DNA of 64,000 nt, taken from positions 21,468 to 85,467 of the forward strand of contig CASGAQ010000004.1 in NCBI GenBank assembly GCA_949299535.1, read 5' to 3'. This DNA comes from an uncultured Eubacteriales bacterium (lineage in GTDB: Bacteria; Bacillota; Clostridia; Oscillospirales; CAG-272). Both the position numbers and the translations under genes were made by a program. The stretch's first letter is position 1, and each line of letters begins with the position of its first letter. Below, piece by piece: positions 8,559-18,714 of this stretch. Below the pieces are notes generated by a model. It saw nothing but the letters and a program-made list of their open reading frames with translations, made no database searches and was not told where the DNA came from.

Positions 8559-10466
8559 TTAGAAGATATCGCTGAGACTTACTTTCTTGCGTTTGCGTTT
8601 GAAATCAACTTTAAATACGAATTTCAGCACACAGAAGAGAGCAACAAGTACGATAACAATAATGGCTACGATGATAAATACAAGCCAGAAAGTAGGGAAT
8701 TTAGCCGGGAGAAGGTCAACTTTTCCTTCGCGTAAGATAGGCTCAATTTCAAATTCTGCATCGGAAACTATGAAAGGAAATTCTCCGGAGAAAGAACCGA
8801 TCTTTACAAGACCTGTATGGTCACCTGGAGTAGAAGTATCGTATCTTATGATAAGATTAGGATCTTCGTGGTCGATGCTTGCTGTTGTTCCGTCATCGTA
8901 AACATAGGAAATGGAAAGATTGTTTGTATTGAAATCGGATTCCAGTTTTGTTTTGAGTTTTGCCTGAGTGTTTTTAACACTAAGACTTGCCGGCATCTGA
9001 ACAGGAAGCTGAATCTCAGTTTCGATTTCAATGTTCAAAGCATCGTTGATGATAGAAGCGTAGGCAGTTGTATCGCCGCCGGCTTGCTTTGTATCAGCCT
9101 GTACTGCAAAATATTCTTCTAGCTGAGCGTCTTCCAAAGACATCTCTGAGCCATCGTTAAATATGCAGGTTATATCAAACTTATCGGCAGTGATCTCTGT
9201 TCCGTAATAAATCTTTTCTTCTTCGTGAAGGCTGAGAGTGATTTTTTCTACGTCAATTATCTTTATAGTTAAATTTGTTTTTGTACCGTAATAGTTGATT
9301 GTAATTATATAATCTCCGGCAGTTGAGAAGTCCGTCCCCTCAAGTCTGAATTGTCCAAGCTCTTTTATTTGAGAAGTTCCGTCTGCAAAATTTACTTTTA
9401 AAGACAGACCTGTCGGATTAAAACCATTAAGCAAAACGTCTATCTTGCTGTATGTTGTTTTTTCGGGAAGACTCTCTATTTCGACATCGTCTACACCGAT
9501 GACCTGTACATCGTAACTGAAAGAGTGATTACCGTATTTGAGCGTTACGGTCGTGCTTTCTGCGGGTTCGTCAAAGTCGTATATAGCGCTTGCCGTGTCT
9601 ACATATTCAACCGTACCGTCGCTGTATTCGATCTTAGCGTTAAGACCGGAAAGGTCGAGCGTTTCGCCAATGTAGTAAGTGGTTTTTTCGGGAAGATCAA
9701 TGGGTGTAAAGGAAGTTGCGCTATCTTCTTTTATTTCAAGTTCCGATTTGTAATTGCTTACATATTCATAGCTGCCGATAACGATATAGTCGATATCCAT
9801 GGAAGCGCCTTCATAACCTTGATATTCGCTGCCATAACCGCTGTAACCGAACGGGAATATAATAAAGTCTTTGATCTGACCGCCCCAGAAAGAGCCTTCA
9901 TTGGGGTTCGTGTCCAGGTTAAGGTTTCTCATGTTGATAACGATAGTATACCAACCGGTCATGTTGGGATCGATATCGATAGTGGAAACGGCACGAGACC
10001 AACCTTGGTAAGCGCTTCGTGTCCAAGCGAAAGACATCTTCTGTGAAGAGCTTGTATTTCTTATTCTTATCTTAATATATTCGGCAGCGCCGTTGGACTC
10101 TGTACCGATATTGATATTATGACGAAACTCACCAAGCTTAAATGCGATGCCGCAGGGACTGGATGATTTTGAAGTGAGGTGAAGAACTTCGTTGTCATTC
10201 GTCAGCGACCATTCAAGGCGATCATGATATGTATCATATTCATTGCTGAGAACGGCCGAAGTAGGTTTGCTGTTTTCTGTCGGATTATAGATGGGAAGCT
10301 CGCCTGTTTCATCGGGGGTTGCCCAATACATATTATCATTTGCAAAATCCAGAAAATCAAGACAGGGAATCGTATCTTGATCAAAATAAATTTCGCTTGC
10401 GTATGCAGTTATAGCAGCCGAAACTGCTAAAACAACCGTCAGCAGAATTGAAACGATTTTTTTCAT
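8559..10466 (-). CDS. cell-surface protein with repeated bacterial Ig-like domains and a C-terminal TM anchor
   Basis: 635-aa ORF with signal peptide MKKIVSILLTVVLAVSAAITAYA. It has four repeats of the pattern (K)TTY..G..LD..GL...(Y/F)SDGT, then a C-terminal hydrophobic helix FWLVFIIVAIIVIVLVALFCVL followed by a basic tail. Confidence 0.65.
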   Translation of the reverse strand: MKKIVSILLTVVLAVSAAITAYASEIYFDQDTIPCLDFLDFANDNMYWATPDETGELPIYNPTENSKPTSAVLSNEYDTYHDRLEWSLTNDNEVLHLTSKSSSPCGIAFKLGEFRHNINIGTESNGAAEYIKIRIRNTSSSQKMSFAWTRSAYQGWSRAVSTIDIDPNMTGWYTIVINMRNLNLDTNPNEGSFWGGQIKDFIIFPFGYSGYGSEYQGYEGASMDIDYIVIGSYEYVSNYKSELEIKEDSATSFTPIDLPEKTTYYIGETLDLSGLNAKIEYSDGTVEYVDTASAIYDFDEPAESTTVTLKYGNHSFSYDVQVIGVDDVEIESLPEKTTYSKIDVLLNGFNPTGLSLKVNFADGTSQIKELGQFRLEGTDFSTAGDYIITINYYGTKTNLTIKIIDVEKITLSLHEEEKIYYGTEITADKFDITCIFNDGSEMSLEDAQLEEYFAVQADTKQAGGDTTAYASIINDALNIEIETEIQLPVQMPASLSVKNTQAKLKTKLESDFNTNNLSISYVYDDGTTASIDHEDPNLIIRYDTSTPGDHTGLVKIGSFSGEFPFIVSDAEFEIEPILREGKVDLLPAKFPTFWLVFIIVAIIVIVLVALFCVLKFVFKVDFKRKRKKVSLSDIF

Positions 10467-10584
10467 AAATATTTATCCTTTCGCATTTGGAATATAAGTA
10501 TGCAACGTATCTTAAAAGATAAGCCATTAACCTATTATTTATTGTATCATATAAACAACAAAAATGTCAAGTGAATATGAGCAA

Positions 10585-11031
10585 TTAGAGCAACTTATCT
10601 AACATTTCTATGCGGCGTTCGTGTCTGCCGCCCTCAAATTCGGTTGACAAAAAGATGTTTGTAAGTTCAAGCGCCTTTTCGAATGTAATCATACGAGCGC
10701 CGAGACACAGCACGTTTGAGTCGTTGTGACGGCGAGTCATTTCTGTTGAGCCTGCTTCATTGCAGAGAGCTGCGCGGATACCTCTGTGTTTGTTTGCTGC
10801 AATACTCATTCCGATACCCGTACCGCAGACCAAAATGCCGAATTTGCATTCCCCGGAGCGGACAAGTTCGCAGACTTTGCTTGCGTATACAGGATAATCG
10901 ACGGATTTGGGGCCGTTTGTGCCGCAGTCGACACATTCAAATCCTTTTGATGTGAGTTCAGAGATGAGTCTGTCCTTGTATTCATATCCTGCGTGGTCTG
11001 CTCCGAGAGCGATTTTGATTTTAGTGTTCAT
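10585..11031 (-). CDS. rpiB: ribose-5-phosphate isomerase B
   Basis: 148 aa. The N-terminus IALGADHAGYEYK and CGTGIGMSIAANK match the RpiB/LacAB family. Confidence 0.9.
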   Translation of the reverse strand: MNTKIKIALGADHAGYEYKDRLISELTSKGFECVDCGTNGPKSVDYPVYASKVCELVRSGECKFGILVCGTGIGMSIAANKHRGIRAALCNEAGSTEMTRRHNDSNVLCLGARMITFEKALELTNIFLSTEFEGGRHERRIEMLDKLL

Positions 11032-11744
11032 TTTGAGTTTCCCTTTCTTTTTCTTTCTTCTTCGCGCTCGGCTTGAGAGGCGCGAAGATATTTCGGCGAA
11101 AGTGCAAGATCTGTGTACAGACTCTTGTCTTTCGAGTTTTCAAATTCATTAAGAGCCGAGGCGGCGACAGAAGCCGCGTTTTGATATATCAGCGCTTTCG
11201 GCGTGGAGAGCTTTTGAGGAATATCTAATTTATTTGCAATGTCATATCCGTCTCCGAAAAAATAAATCGGAAGCGCCGAACTTGAAAGCTCGTTTTGAAG
11301 TTCGGTAGCAGAGATAAGTCTGTCTTCGCACAGACGCGTTATAACGCCGTCGTTGTATTCGAATATGGCGTTGTATAATTGATTTCTGCGTGCGTCCATG
11401 ACCGGAACGGCGAGAAAGTGACCGCTCATTCCCGTGGCATTTCTGGCAAGAGAATCAAGTGTGGACGTGCCGACGCAAATTTTGTTCTTGCCGAAAGCGA
11501 GTCCTTTTATGGCGGAAACTCCTATGCGGACGCCGGTAAACGAACCGGGACCTGCGGAAACGGCGAACATATCTACATCGTCTACTGTGCATTTTGCATT
11601 TTGAAGAACGGCACAAATCATCGGCAGAAGCGTTTCGCTGTGCGTGAGTCCGGTTTTTTGTGTATATACGGCTATTGGAGTTTCATCGTTGCAAAGAGCG
11701 GCGCTTGCGCTGACAGCCGTGGAGTCGATTGCAAGTATCTTCAC
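11028..11744 (-). CDS. tsaB: tRNA threonylcarbamoyladenosine biosynthesis protein TsaB
   Basis: 238 aa with a GTG start overlapping the tsaE stop. MKILAIDSTA..., SAGPGSFTGVRIG are typical of YeaZ/TsaB. Confidence 0.85.
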   Translation of the reverse strand: MKILAIDSTAVSASAALCNDETPIAVYTQKTGLTHSETLLPMICAVLQNAKCTVDDVDMFAVSAGPGSFTGVRIGVSAIKGLAFGKNKICVGTSTLDSLARNATGMSGHFLAVPVMDARRNQLYNAIFEYNDGVITRLCEDRLISATELQNELSSSALPIYFFGDGYDIANKLDIPQKLSTPKALIYQNAASVAASALNEFENSKDKSLYTDLALSPKYLRASQAEREEERKRKGNSK

Positions 11745-12169
11745 TTTTCACACCTCTCGATCTCTATTTTTCGGGCGTTTAAGTCATCGGGGACTTTTGA
11801 TATCGTTACGGAAATGTGATCCTCAGGTATGAACTCTTCAATCTTTTCGCTCCACTCTGCAGCGCATATGCCGTTTTCGATATAATCGAAATATCCTGTT
11901 GAAACAAGAGAATCTTCGTCATCAATGCGGTACATGTCAAAATGATAAAAAGGCATATTTCCGCGATATTCATTCACTATTAGGTAAGTAGGACTTTGAA
12001 CTCGCGCTTTCGGAGCCAAATATTTTGCCATGCCCCGAACGAACGCTGTCTTTCCGACGCCGAGATCGCCACGCATTGCGACGAAATCGCCTTTGGAAAG
12101 AGTTTTTGCAAATTCTTCTCCTGCAAGTTCTGTTTCCTCGGTGCTGTTTGTATATATTGTTTTTTTCAT
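11741..12169 (-). CDS. tsaE: tRNA t6A biosynthesis ATPase TsaE
   Basis: 142 aa. P-loop GDLGVGKTAFVRG followed by SPTY and HFDMYR motifs of the YjeE/TsaE family. Confidence 0.85.
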   Translation of the reverse strand: MKKTIYTNSTEETELAGEEFAKTLSKGDFVAMRGDLGVGKTAFVRGMAKYLAPKARVQSPTYLIVNEYRGNMPFYHFDMYRIDDEDSLVSTGYFDYIENGICAAEWSEKIEEFIPEDHISVTISKVPDDLNARKIEIERCEK

Positions 12170-12172
12170 TGT

Positions 12173-13363
12173 TCACCTTTGTTTTGTTATACGCGAAAGC
12201 GAGGATATTCCCTCGCCGAGCGCATTAACGAGATTTTCAATGTCTTGTACAGTATTTTGTACGCCAAGACTTATTCTTATGGTCGAATCCGTCTCTTTGT
12301 CGCTGAGTCCGAATGAGCGCAGTACATGACTTTTATGTCCGGAATTTGAAGAGCAGGCAGAACCGCTTGAAACATATACTCCGCGTGAGGAGAGAAAATG
12401 CAGCATTGTTTCGCTGCGTATACCGGGAATTGTTGCGCTTATGATATGAGGCGCATAGTATCCGTCCGGTGTGTTAAGTTTGACTTCGGGAAGTTTTTCT
12501 GCGATAAGACGCTCTGTAAGAAAACGAAGCGCATAGAAGAGATCCAGTGTTTGTGAAACATTTTGGCTCGCGTATTCCGCCGCGGCTCCGAATCCTGCTA
12601 TCCCTGCAGTATTTTCGGTACCGCTTCGCATACCGCTTTCCTGTCCGCCTCCGTGAACAAACGGAGCGATACTCTTTGAAGTTATGAGCTTTTCTCTGAT
12701 AAAGAGCGCTCCGACGCCTTTCGGACCGCCTATTTTATGTGAACTGATGGTTATCATATCAGCGGGCAGAGCGGCAAGCGGTTCGGAAAGTTTCAGAAAA
12801 CCTTGAACTGCGTCGCAGTGTATAATAACATCTGGATTTTTCTTTTTTGCCGTTTCTGTGATGGCGGAGATATCGTTCAATGCTCCGGTCTCATTGTTGA
12901 CGAGCATTGCGGAAACGAGTATGGTGTCGTTTGTAAGTTCTGCGCGAAATCTTTCCATATCCCATATTCCGCGAGGAGATGGAATGAACGCTATGCGAAA
13001 ACCGCGCGAAGCCAGATATTTTGCCGTTTCGATAACGGAGGGGTGTTCTGTTTCGCCGACGATTATCTTACCGCCTTTAAGGCGTTCTTTTGCCGTAGCC
13101 GCACCTATTAGTGCGAGATTGTTTGCCTCTGTGCCGGATGATGTGAAAACGAGCATCTGAGGTTTCGTTTTGCCGTACTTTTTTGCGCCGAGCGCGGAAA
13201 ATATTTTTTCACGCGCTTCATTTACGCATTTTTCCGCTTCCATGCCGAGTTTGTGCAGGGAAGAAGGGTTGCCGAAATTATTTTCAAGCACTTCCGTCAT
13301 TTTCTGATAAGCCGCACTGCAAAGCGGCGTTGTAGCGCTGTTGTCAAGATAAGAGCAATTCAT
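12173..13363 (-). CDS. cysteine desulfurase (NifS/IscS class V aminotransferase family)
   Basis: 396 aa. YLDNSATTP N-terminus, SSHKIGGPKG PLP-lysine motif, SSGSACSS active-site Cys loop. Confidence 0.9.
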   Translation of the reverse strand: MNCSYLDNSATTPLCSAAYQKMTEVLENNFGNPSSLHKLGMEAEKCVNEAREKIFSALGAKKYGKTKPQMLVFTSSGTEANNLALIGAATAKERLKGGKIIVGETEHPSVIETAKYLASRGFRIAFIPSPRGIWDMERFRAELTNDTILVSAMLVNNETGALNDISAITETAKKKNPDVIIHCDAVQGFLKLSEPLAALPADMITISSHKIGGPKGVGALFIREKLITSKSIAPFVHGGGQESGMRSGTENTAGIAGFGAAAEYASQNVSQTLDLFYALRFLTERLIAEKLPEVKLNTPDGYYAPHIISATIPGIRSETMLHFLSSRGVYVSSGSACSSNSGHKSHVLRSFGLSDKETDSTIRISLGVQNTVQDIENLVNALGEGISSLSRITKQR

Positions 13364-13381
13364 TTTTGTCCTCGATAAAAA

Positions 13382-13942
13382 TCATGCTAAAAAATTATCT
13401 ATTATATCGTAAACTTCTTCTATGTGTGAGTCGTATACGCTGTCCTGCGCGGTATATGTGAAAATATAGATGCTTCCGTTGTGGTATGCGAATATCTGCA
13501 TGAGTTTATATGTTTCCTTTACTTCCGTTTTGGGATTGTCGGAAACTATCGTATAAACATATTTCAGAACGGGTTCGGGGGCGGTTATATTACCGAAATA
13601 TTGGTTTTCGGAAAACATTTCGCGTTCCGAAACTTCTTTAAATGTCGAGGTTACCGTCGAATAGTAACTGTCGCAATACTCCTGAAGGGAATTATACGAT
13701 CCGTCCCAGTCCATGATGATGAGCGAGATATTGCTGTTGTCTTGGGCATATGCTTTTGAGATACCTTCGGCGTCTGTTATGTCAATAGTCCAATCTTCGG
13801 GAACAAAAAGAGCGTAAGTGTTTTTGTCGTTTTCTACACGTTTCATTCCTGCGGGAACTTCGGCATCGTCATTGCCGCATGATGTGATTAAAAACATGAG
13901 TGTCACGCAGGCAAGAAAAAGAGCTGTTATTTTTTTTATCAT
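13382..13942 (-). CDS. lipoprotein of unknown function
   Basis: The ORF track opens at 14023, but the internal ATG at 13942 gives MIKKITALFLACVTLMFLITSCGN, a lipobox signal peptide. Confidence 0.6.
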   Translation of the reverse strand: MIKKITALFLACVTLMFLITSCGNDDAEVPAGMKRVENDKNTYALFVPEDWTIDITDAEGISKAYAQDNSNISLIIMDWDGSYNSLQEYCDSYYSTVTSTFKEVSEREMFSENQYFGNITAPEPVLKYVYTIVSDNPKTEVKETYKLMQIFAYHNGSIYIFTYTAQDSVYDSHIEEVYDIIDNFLA

Positions 13943-14063
13943 GGTTAGGGATCCTTTATTCTTTAAACAATTATAAATTATAATATATATTATAATTGTT
14001 ATATCGTGCAAAGTCAACTGCAAAAGAAAAGATAAACGTTAAAAAAGCGTGAATAAACAACAA

Positions 14064-14085
14064 CCCCGTCGGTTTTCCGACGGGG
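14064..14085. terminator. hairpin terminator after the zinc-ribbon gene
   Basis: CCCCGTCGG-TTTT-CCGACGGGG, a perfect 9-bp GC-rich stem followed by T-rich sequence on the minus strand. Confidence 0.6.
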
Positions 14086-14108
14086 CAAGCAATTTTCTTT
14101 ATTATAGA

Positions 14109-14390
14109 TTACTGCTGATCCTGTTTCATAGCTGCATAGCATTCGCTGCAGTATACAGGTCTGTCGTTGCTGGGCTGGAAAGGAACCTTAGCTTCTTTTC
14201 CGCACTTTGCGCATGTTGTTTCGAAAAGCTGTCTTGCGGGACGTGTAGCATTCTTTCTTGCATCGCGGCAGCTTTTGCATCTCTGGGGTTCATTTTGGAA
14301 ACCTCTTTCTGCATAGAATTCCTGTTCACCTGCCGTGAAAACGAATTCTGCTCCGCAGTCCTTGCAAACTAATGTTTTGTCCTGATACAT
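14109..14390 (-). CDS. small zinc-ribbon protein (two CxxC...CxxC pairs)
   Basis: 93 aa with a GAGGT SD. CKDCGAEF...CKSC and CAKCGKE...CSEC motifs. Confidence 0.75.
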   Translation of the reverse strand: MYQDKTLVCKDCGAEFVFTAGEQEFYAERGFQNEPQRCKSCRDARKNATRPARQLFETTCAKCGKEAKVPFQPSNDRPVYCSECYAAMKQDQQ

Positions 14391-14557
14391 GTGTCTTACC
14401 TCGCTTTAAAAATATGGTATAAAATTTTTGCCCTAAGACAGACTCCAACTGTCATCTTTGTGGGAACAACGCTTTTCGTTAAGCTATTTGGGCATAGGAA
14501 ATATTTGCGGTCTTGCAATCAAAACATATGCGTTCAAACGAGAAAAAGACAAAAAAC

Positions 14558-15112
14558 TCATAAAAGCTTACGCAACTTTGCTTTGATCCTAACGATAGCG
14601 TTGTCGACAGATTTTTTTGGTCTGGAAAGAGCACGCGAAATATCCTCGTAAGACAGGTCTTCAAGATACAGATGAAAAACGGAACATTCAAAATCCGTAA
14701 GCGAATCGTCTATCTTGGAGCGCAACTCTTCGAACGATTCGTCGCTTATCACAAGTTGTTCCGGCGTGTCATCTCCGGGAATATCAAAATAAAATTCATA
14801 AGGAACTTCTTCGGTGCTGTTTTTTTTGCCATTGCTGCGAATATATGATATTATTCGATTCTGAATACATATTTTGGCATAAAGTCCGAAAGATACTCCC
14901 TTTTTGTGATCGTACGCCATCGCCGCTTTATAAAGCGCGAGGGCGGCTTCTTGTGAAAGATCATCGCGTTCTGATTCTGAAATGGAATATGCTTTCATAC
15001 ATTTCGAAACGGCGCTTTCAATAAGAGGCAGGTACAAAGTATACACCGAATCAAATGAGAGAGATATGCCGTTTTGGACGTCTTTTAAAAGTATATCGAT
15101 ATCTTTAATCAA
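14558..15112 (-). CDS. sigma-70 family RNA polymerase sigma factor
   Basis: 184 aa. Region-2-like DLSQEAALALYKAAMAYD...FGLYAKICIQNRIISYIR and a region-4 HTH (YLEDLSYEDISRALSRPKKSVDNAIVRIKAKL). Confidence 0.75.
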   Translation of the reverse strand: MIKDIDILLKDVQNGISLSFDSVYTLYLPLIESAVSKCMKAYSISESERDDLSQEAALALYKAAMAYDHKKGVSFGLYAKICIQNRIISYIRSNGKKNSTEEVPYEFYFDIPGDDTPEQLVISDESFEELRSKIDDSLTDFECSVFHLYLEDLSYEDISRALSRPKKSVDNAIVRIKAKLRKLL

Positions 15113-15339
15113 AAAATCACAACTTCCCGCAAGTTTGAGTGCTAAAATTGCATGACTTGTTAAGTTTTTGTTAATTATATTATAAACACGAAAAATACTT
15201 ATGTCAAGTGAATTTTATAAAAAAAACCGCGTTATTTTTAAAAAAATCCATTATTTTTCACAAAAAATCTGTTTGAAATATTAAAAAAACCATTTTTTTG
15301 ACAAAAACATTATATTTTTCGTTTCATTTTTATACGTTG

Positions 15340-17112
15340 TTATAAAAGAGCGGCGAATATTCTTGCCGACGTGTATGCGATGAACGCAAAAGCATATGCG
15401 AAGAGAAGCGTGCGGAAAAACAGGAGAATGGATTTTTTTGTTCCTATTTGACATCGGCAAGCACTCATCGCCGCGAAGCACGGTGAATAAAGAAGCGCGA
15501 ACACAGCAAGAGATATCGCCTGCGCTTCGGTCAGCATCCTCGAAATATCGATTCCGAGAACAAAGATCGTTGAAACTATCGCTTCTTTTGCAAAAAGTCC
15601 CGATATCAGCGCGGCGCATATTCTGAAATCATCAAGACCTAAGGGGCGCATCAGCGGTGACAGGAGTTTTGCCGTGCAGGCAAGAATACTTTCGTTTGGA
15701 TTCGTTGCCGCGCGAAGATTCGGCGTCAGATATGAAAGTATATATACTGCCGCGGAGGAGAGAAATATAATGCCGCCGGCTTTAGAAATAAAATCAGAGA
15801 CTTTTTCAGAAACGACACGAAAAATATTTGATATTTTAGGCGGTCTGTATTTGGGAAGTTCAAATGATAGAGCTGGAGCGGTTCTTCCTCTTGATAATAT
15901 AATGAGCGAGAATACTGATACGAATATTCCCAAAGCATATATGCCGAATGAAGCGAGCGCTTTGTGATCCTCAAAAAATGAGCCTACTATAAGGGAAAAT
16001 ATCGGCATTCTCGCTCCGCACGGAATAAACGGAAGAGATAAGATGACGTTTTCTCGTTCTTCTTTTTCCAAGATCCGGGCGGAGAGTATTGCCGGAACAG
16101 TACAGCCGAAGCCGGTTATAAATGGAATAAATGCTTTTCCCGAAAGTCCGACGGCGCGCATGGGAGCATCCATAGCGAACGCCGCGCGTGAGAGATATCC
16201 GCTGTCTTCAAGAATTTCCAAAAGCGCAAAGAGAATGATCATCCTCGGAAGAAAAGAAATTACAGCTCCGATTCCGGACAAGATACCGTATATTATAAAA
16301 TCAGATAACGCCTCGTTTACATTTATGTAAGACAAAGCCTGCGCGATGATCTGCGTGAGCGATGAGAAAAGATTCTCCGCGAGTTTACACGCCGCAGTTC
16401 CCGCGGAAGAGAACGTCAATGCAAAAACCAACATCATTATGATAAAGAAGAGGGGAATGCCTACGGCGGTTCGGCATATAAATGCGTCTAACTTATCTTC
16501 AAGACAGGAGTTTGTATAGCCTCCGTATGTCACGCTGTCGGAAAGTTTTTTTGCAAATTCCGCGCGGCTTACGTCGCCGTCGAACGAAAAGCACCGCGGA
16601 CGCCGCGCAGACTTGAGAATTGATGAGACTGCGGAGCAAAGTTCCGATATCCCTTGTTTTGTCACTGCTGAAACAAGAAACACGGGACAGCCTAATGCGG
16701 AAGATAATTTTACGGTATCTATTTTAATACCTTCTTTTTCCGCTTCGTCGGACATATTCAGCGCCAATATCATAGGTATATTTTTTTCCGTGAGTTCCGT
16801 TGTAAGAAAAATACCGCGTGCAAGATTTGTGGAATCGAGAACATTTATTACAGCGTCGGGCGGGGAAGTGCGAAGGTATTCGTCGGTGGTTTTTTCCTCA
16901 TTTCCCGAGGGAGCGAGTGAATATATTCCCGGCAGGTCCGCGATGAGTGCGGAAATCCCCGTATCATTTTTCGCGGGAGCTGTTTTGACTGCGACCGTTA
17001 CGCCGGCGCGATTTCCGGTCTTATCTTTGTTTCCCGTAAGAATATTGAAAAGCGCGGTCTTGCCGCAGTTAGGATTTCCCGCCAAAGCAATTATGGAACA
17101 GTGCATATTCAT
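15340..17112 (-). CDS. feoB: ferrous iron transporter FeoB
   Basis: 590 aa. N-terminal G domain IALAGNPNCGKTALFNILTG and DLPGIYSL, then a polytopic membrane domain. Confidence 0.9.
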   Translation of the reverse strand: MNMHCSIIALAGNPNCGKTALFNILTGNKDKTGNRAGVTVAVKTAPAKNDTGISALIADLPGIYSLAPSGNEEKTTDEYLRTSPPDAVINVLDSTNLARGIFLTTELTEKNIPMILALNMSDEAEKEGIKIDTVKLSSALGCPVFLVSAVTKQGISELCSAVSSILKSARRPRCFSFDGDVSRAEFAKKLSDSVTYGGYTNSCLEDKLDAFICRTAVGIPLFFIIMMLVFALTFSSAGTAACKLAENLFSSLTQIIAQALSYINVNEALSDFIIYGILSGIGAVISFLPRMIILFALLEILEDSGYLSRAAFAMDAPMRAVGLSGKAFIPFITGFGCTVPAILSARILEKEERENVILSLPFIPCGARMPIFSLIVGSFFEDHKALASFGIYALGIFVSVFSLIILSRGRTAPALSFELPKYRPPKISNIFRVVSEKVSDFISKAGGIIFLSSAAVYILSYLTPNLRAATNPNESILACTAKLLSPLMRPLGLDDFRICAALISGLFAKEAIVSTIFVLGIDISRMLTEAQAISLAVFALLYSPCFAAMSACRCQIGTKKSILLFFRTLLFAYAFAFIAYTSARIFAALL

Positions 17113-17179
17113 GCTCCTTTTTTTATATTTACATATAAAATCTATTTTAGCGAAAGAGGAAATATGCGAGCGGAAAAGA

Positions 17180-17416
17180 CTATATGTTCTCGATCTGATT
17201 AAACTTTATCTCCCGTAATGCCTTTCCTGCAAGAGCTATCTTGTTTTTATCGCAGCGAATGACAGCTCTTTCTCCTTCCCTGAATATTACTTCTATCATT
17301 TTTCCTTCGTATATTCCCAGCGTACAGTAAAATTTGCGTCGTTCTGCAGAAGTATTTATCTCTTTTACAATGTGATTTCCTTTATGTGGAAAATAAAATC
17401 TGCTATGTTTTGACAT
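17180..17416 (-). CDS. feoA: FeoA-family protein
   Basis: 78 aa located immediately upstream of feoB. SH3-like FeoA pattern LGIYEGKMIEV...IRCDKNKIALAGKALREI. Confidence 0.7.
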   Translation of the reverse strand: MSKHSRFYFPHKGNHIVKEINTSAERRKFYCTLGIYEGKMIEVIFREGERAVIRCDKNKIALAGKALREIKFNQIENI

Positions 17417-17451
17417 ATAAAAAAACTCCTTAAAAAAATTAAAAAATGTAT

Positions 17452-17479
17452 TGACAATTTTCGATTATTTTGATATACT
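17452..17479 (+). promoter_or_regulatory. sigma-A promoter for tRNA-Gln
   Basis: TTGACA (17452-17457), a 16-nt spacer with a TG extension, then TATACT (17474-17479), about 50 nt upstream of the tRNA. Confidence 0.5.
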
Positions 17480-17530
17480 AACAAGCGTCGACGGCGCAAA
17501 GCGCCGAACAAGAGAAATTTAAATGATTAT

Positions 17531-17606
17531 AGCGGCATCGCCAAGCGGTAAGGCAACGGACTCTGACTCCGTCATTACCTAGGTTCGAATCCTAGTGCCG
17601 CTGCCA
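17531..17606 (+). tRNA. tRNA-Gln (anticodon CUG)
   Basis: 76-nt cloverleaf. Acceptor AGCGGCA/TGCCGCT, D arm GCC-AAGCGGTAA-GGC, anticodon arm ACGGA-CTCTGAC-TCCGT, T arm CTAGG-TTCGAAT-CCTAG, encoded CCA. It closely parallels the E. coli tRNA-Gln2 layout. Confidence 0.9.
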
Positions 17607-17639
17607 TAAAGAGGCGATAAAAAAGATATCGCCGCGAAA

Positions 17640-17664
17640 AGCCTTGAAAAATCAAGGCTTTTTT
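17640..17664 (+). terminator. intrinsic terminator after tRNA-Gln
   Basis: AGCCTTGA-AAAA-TCAAGGCT stem-loop followed by T6. Confidence 0.7.
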
Positions 17665-17819
17665 GCTTTTTTGAATTATTTTTTAGTGATCAAGAGTACA
17701 TAAAGAATGGAATTTTTAAATTTTTTTTGATATAATTGTGGTAAGGTGAGTTTATCTTGAAATAGAAAAAAGATATTTTTAATGGGAAAATCAAAAACGA
17801 ATATTTTTCATATATTCTT

Positions 17820-18649
17820 GTGTCTATGATTCTTGTTGTGGCGATTTTTGCCGGAATCGGTGTATTTTTTATATATGTTGCTATACGTGGGAGGCTGTTC
17901 AGTTCTTTCAGTGATCGAATTTTTATTGGTGTTATAGGTGCAGTGTTTTTTATGAATGCAACGATTTTTCTGATTCTTGAATTGCTTGTCATTCGTAAAT
18001 TCCCAAAATACGAAAAGTTAAGAAGAATGCTGTTTAATTCCGATTACTATTTTACCGAAAGCAATTCAAGAGAATATTATGGAAGCTACCAGCCTAGGGA
18101 CAGGGCATTTAGGGCATTTTTTGATTTGATTACAAGTTTTGCAGACGCCGAACATGTAATTGGGAAGCGGCTCCCGATCAAATATAAAATGTATATTTTG
18201 CTTATGCTCCTGATGTGCGTACTTTCGGGGATAAGTCTTGTTGCCATGACCATATTAGGCGAAAATAAGACTATTCTGCCGGAAATATTGCAGAATGATT
18301 TAACTCTGGCTTTTGTGTTTATAAGTATAGCGGTCATCTTTATTATGCTTGCTTTTTTCTTTCTTCGTTGTGCCTATAAAGAAGCGCTTATGGCAACTTT
18401 GGAAATTGAAAAATGGAAAAATGGAAATATAAGCTGTATATATCGCTCATTGATATTTCTGTTAGACGAAACAATAAAAAGCATAAATTTTGGTATGGAA
18501 TCGATCAAATTGATGAAATTGAAGCTTTGGTATGCTCCGCTGGTGAAAACGCTGAATTGCACTTCAAAAGAACCGGTAGAAAGCTCGTTTCTTTTGAAGT
18601 GATAGACACATTAAACGATCGTGTAGTGTTTACGGGATTGTTTATATAA
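17820..18649 (+). pseudogene. membrane protein gene (about 4 TM plus a soluble C-terminal domain) frameshifted by an 8-bp tandem duplication
   Basis: Two ORFs (17820-18602 and 18413-18649) overlap in different frames. GAAAAATG is directly duplicated at 18408-18415 and 18416-18423. Removing one copy joins ...LEIEKWK to YKLYISLIDISV... in a single ~273-codon frame. Confidence 0.6.
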
Positions 18650-18714
18650 AAAAAGCGTATCAAAATTAGCTGTTGATAACATAATTATTGTACAACTTAA
18701 ACCTCGTTTTAAAA

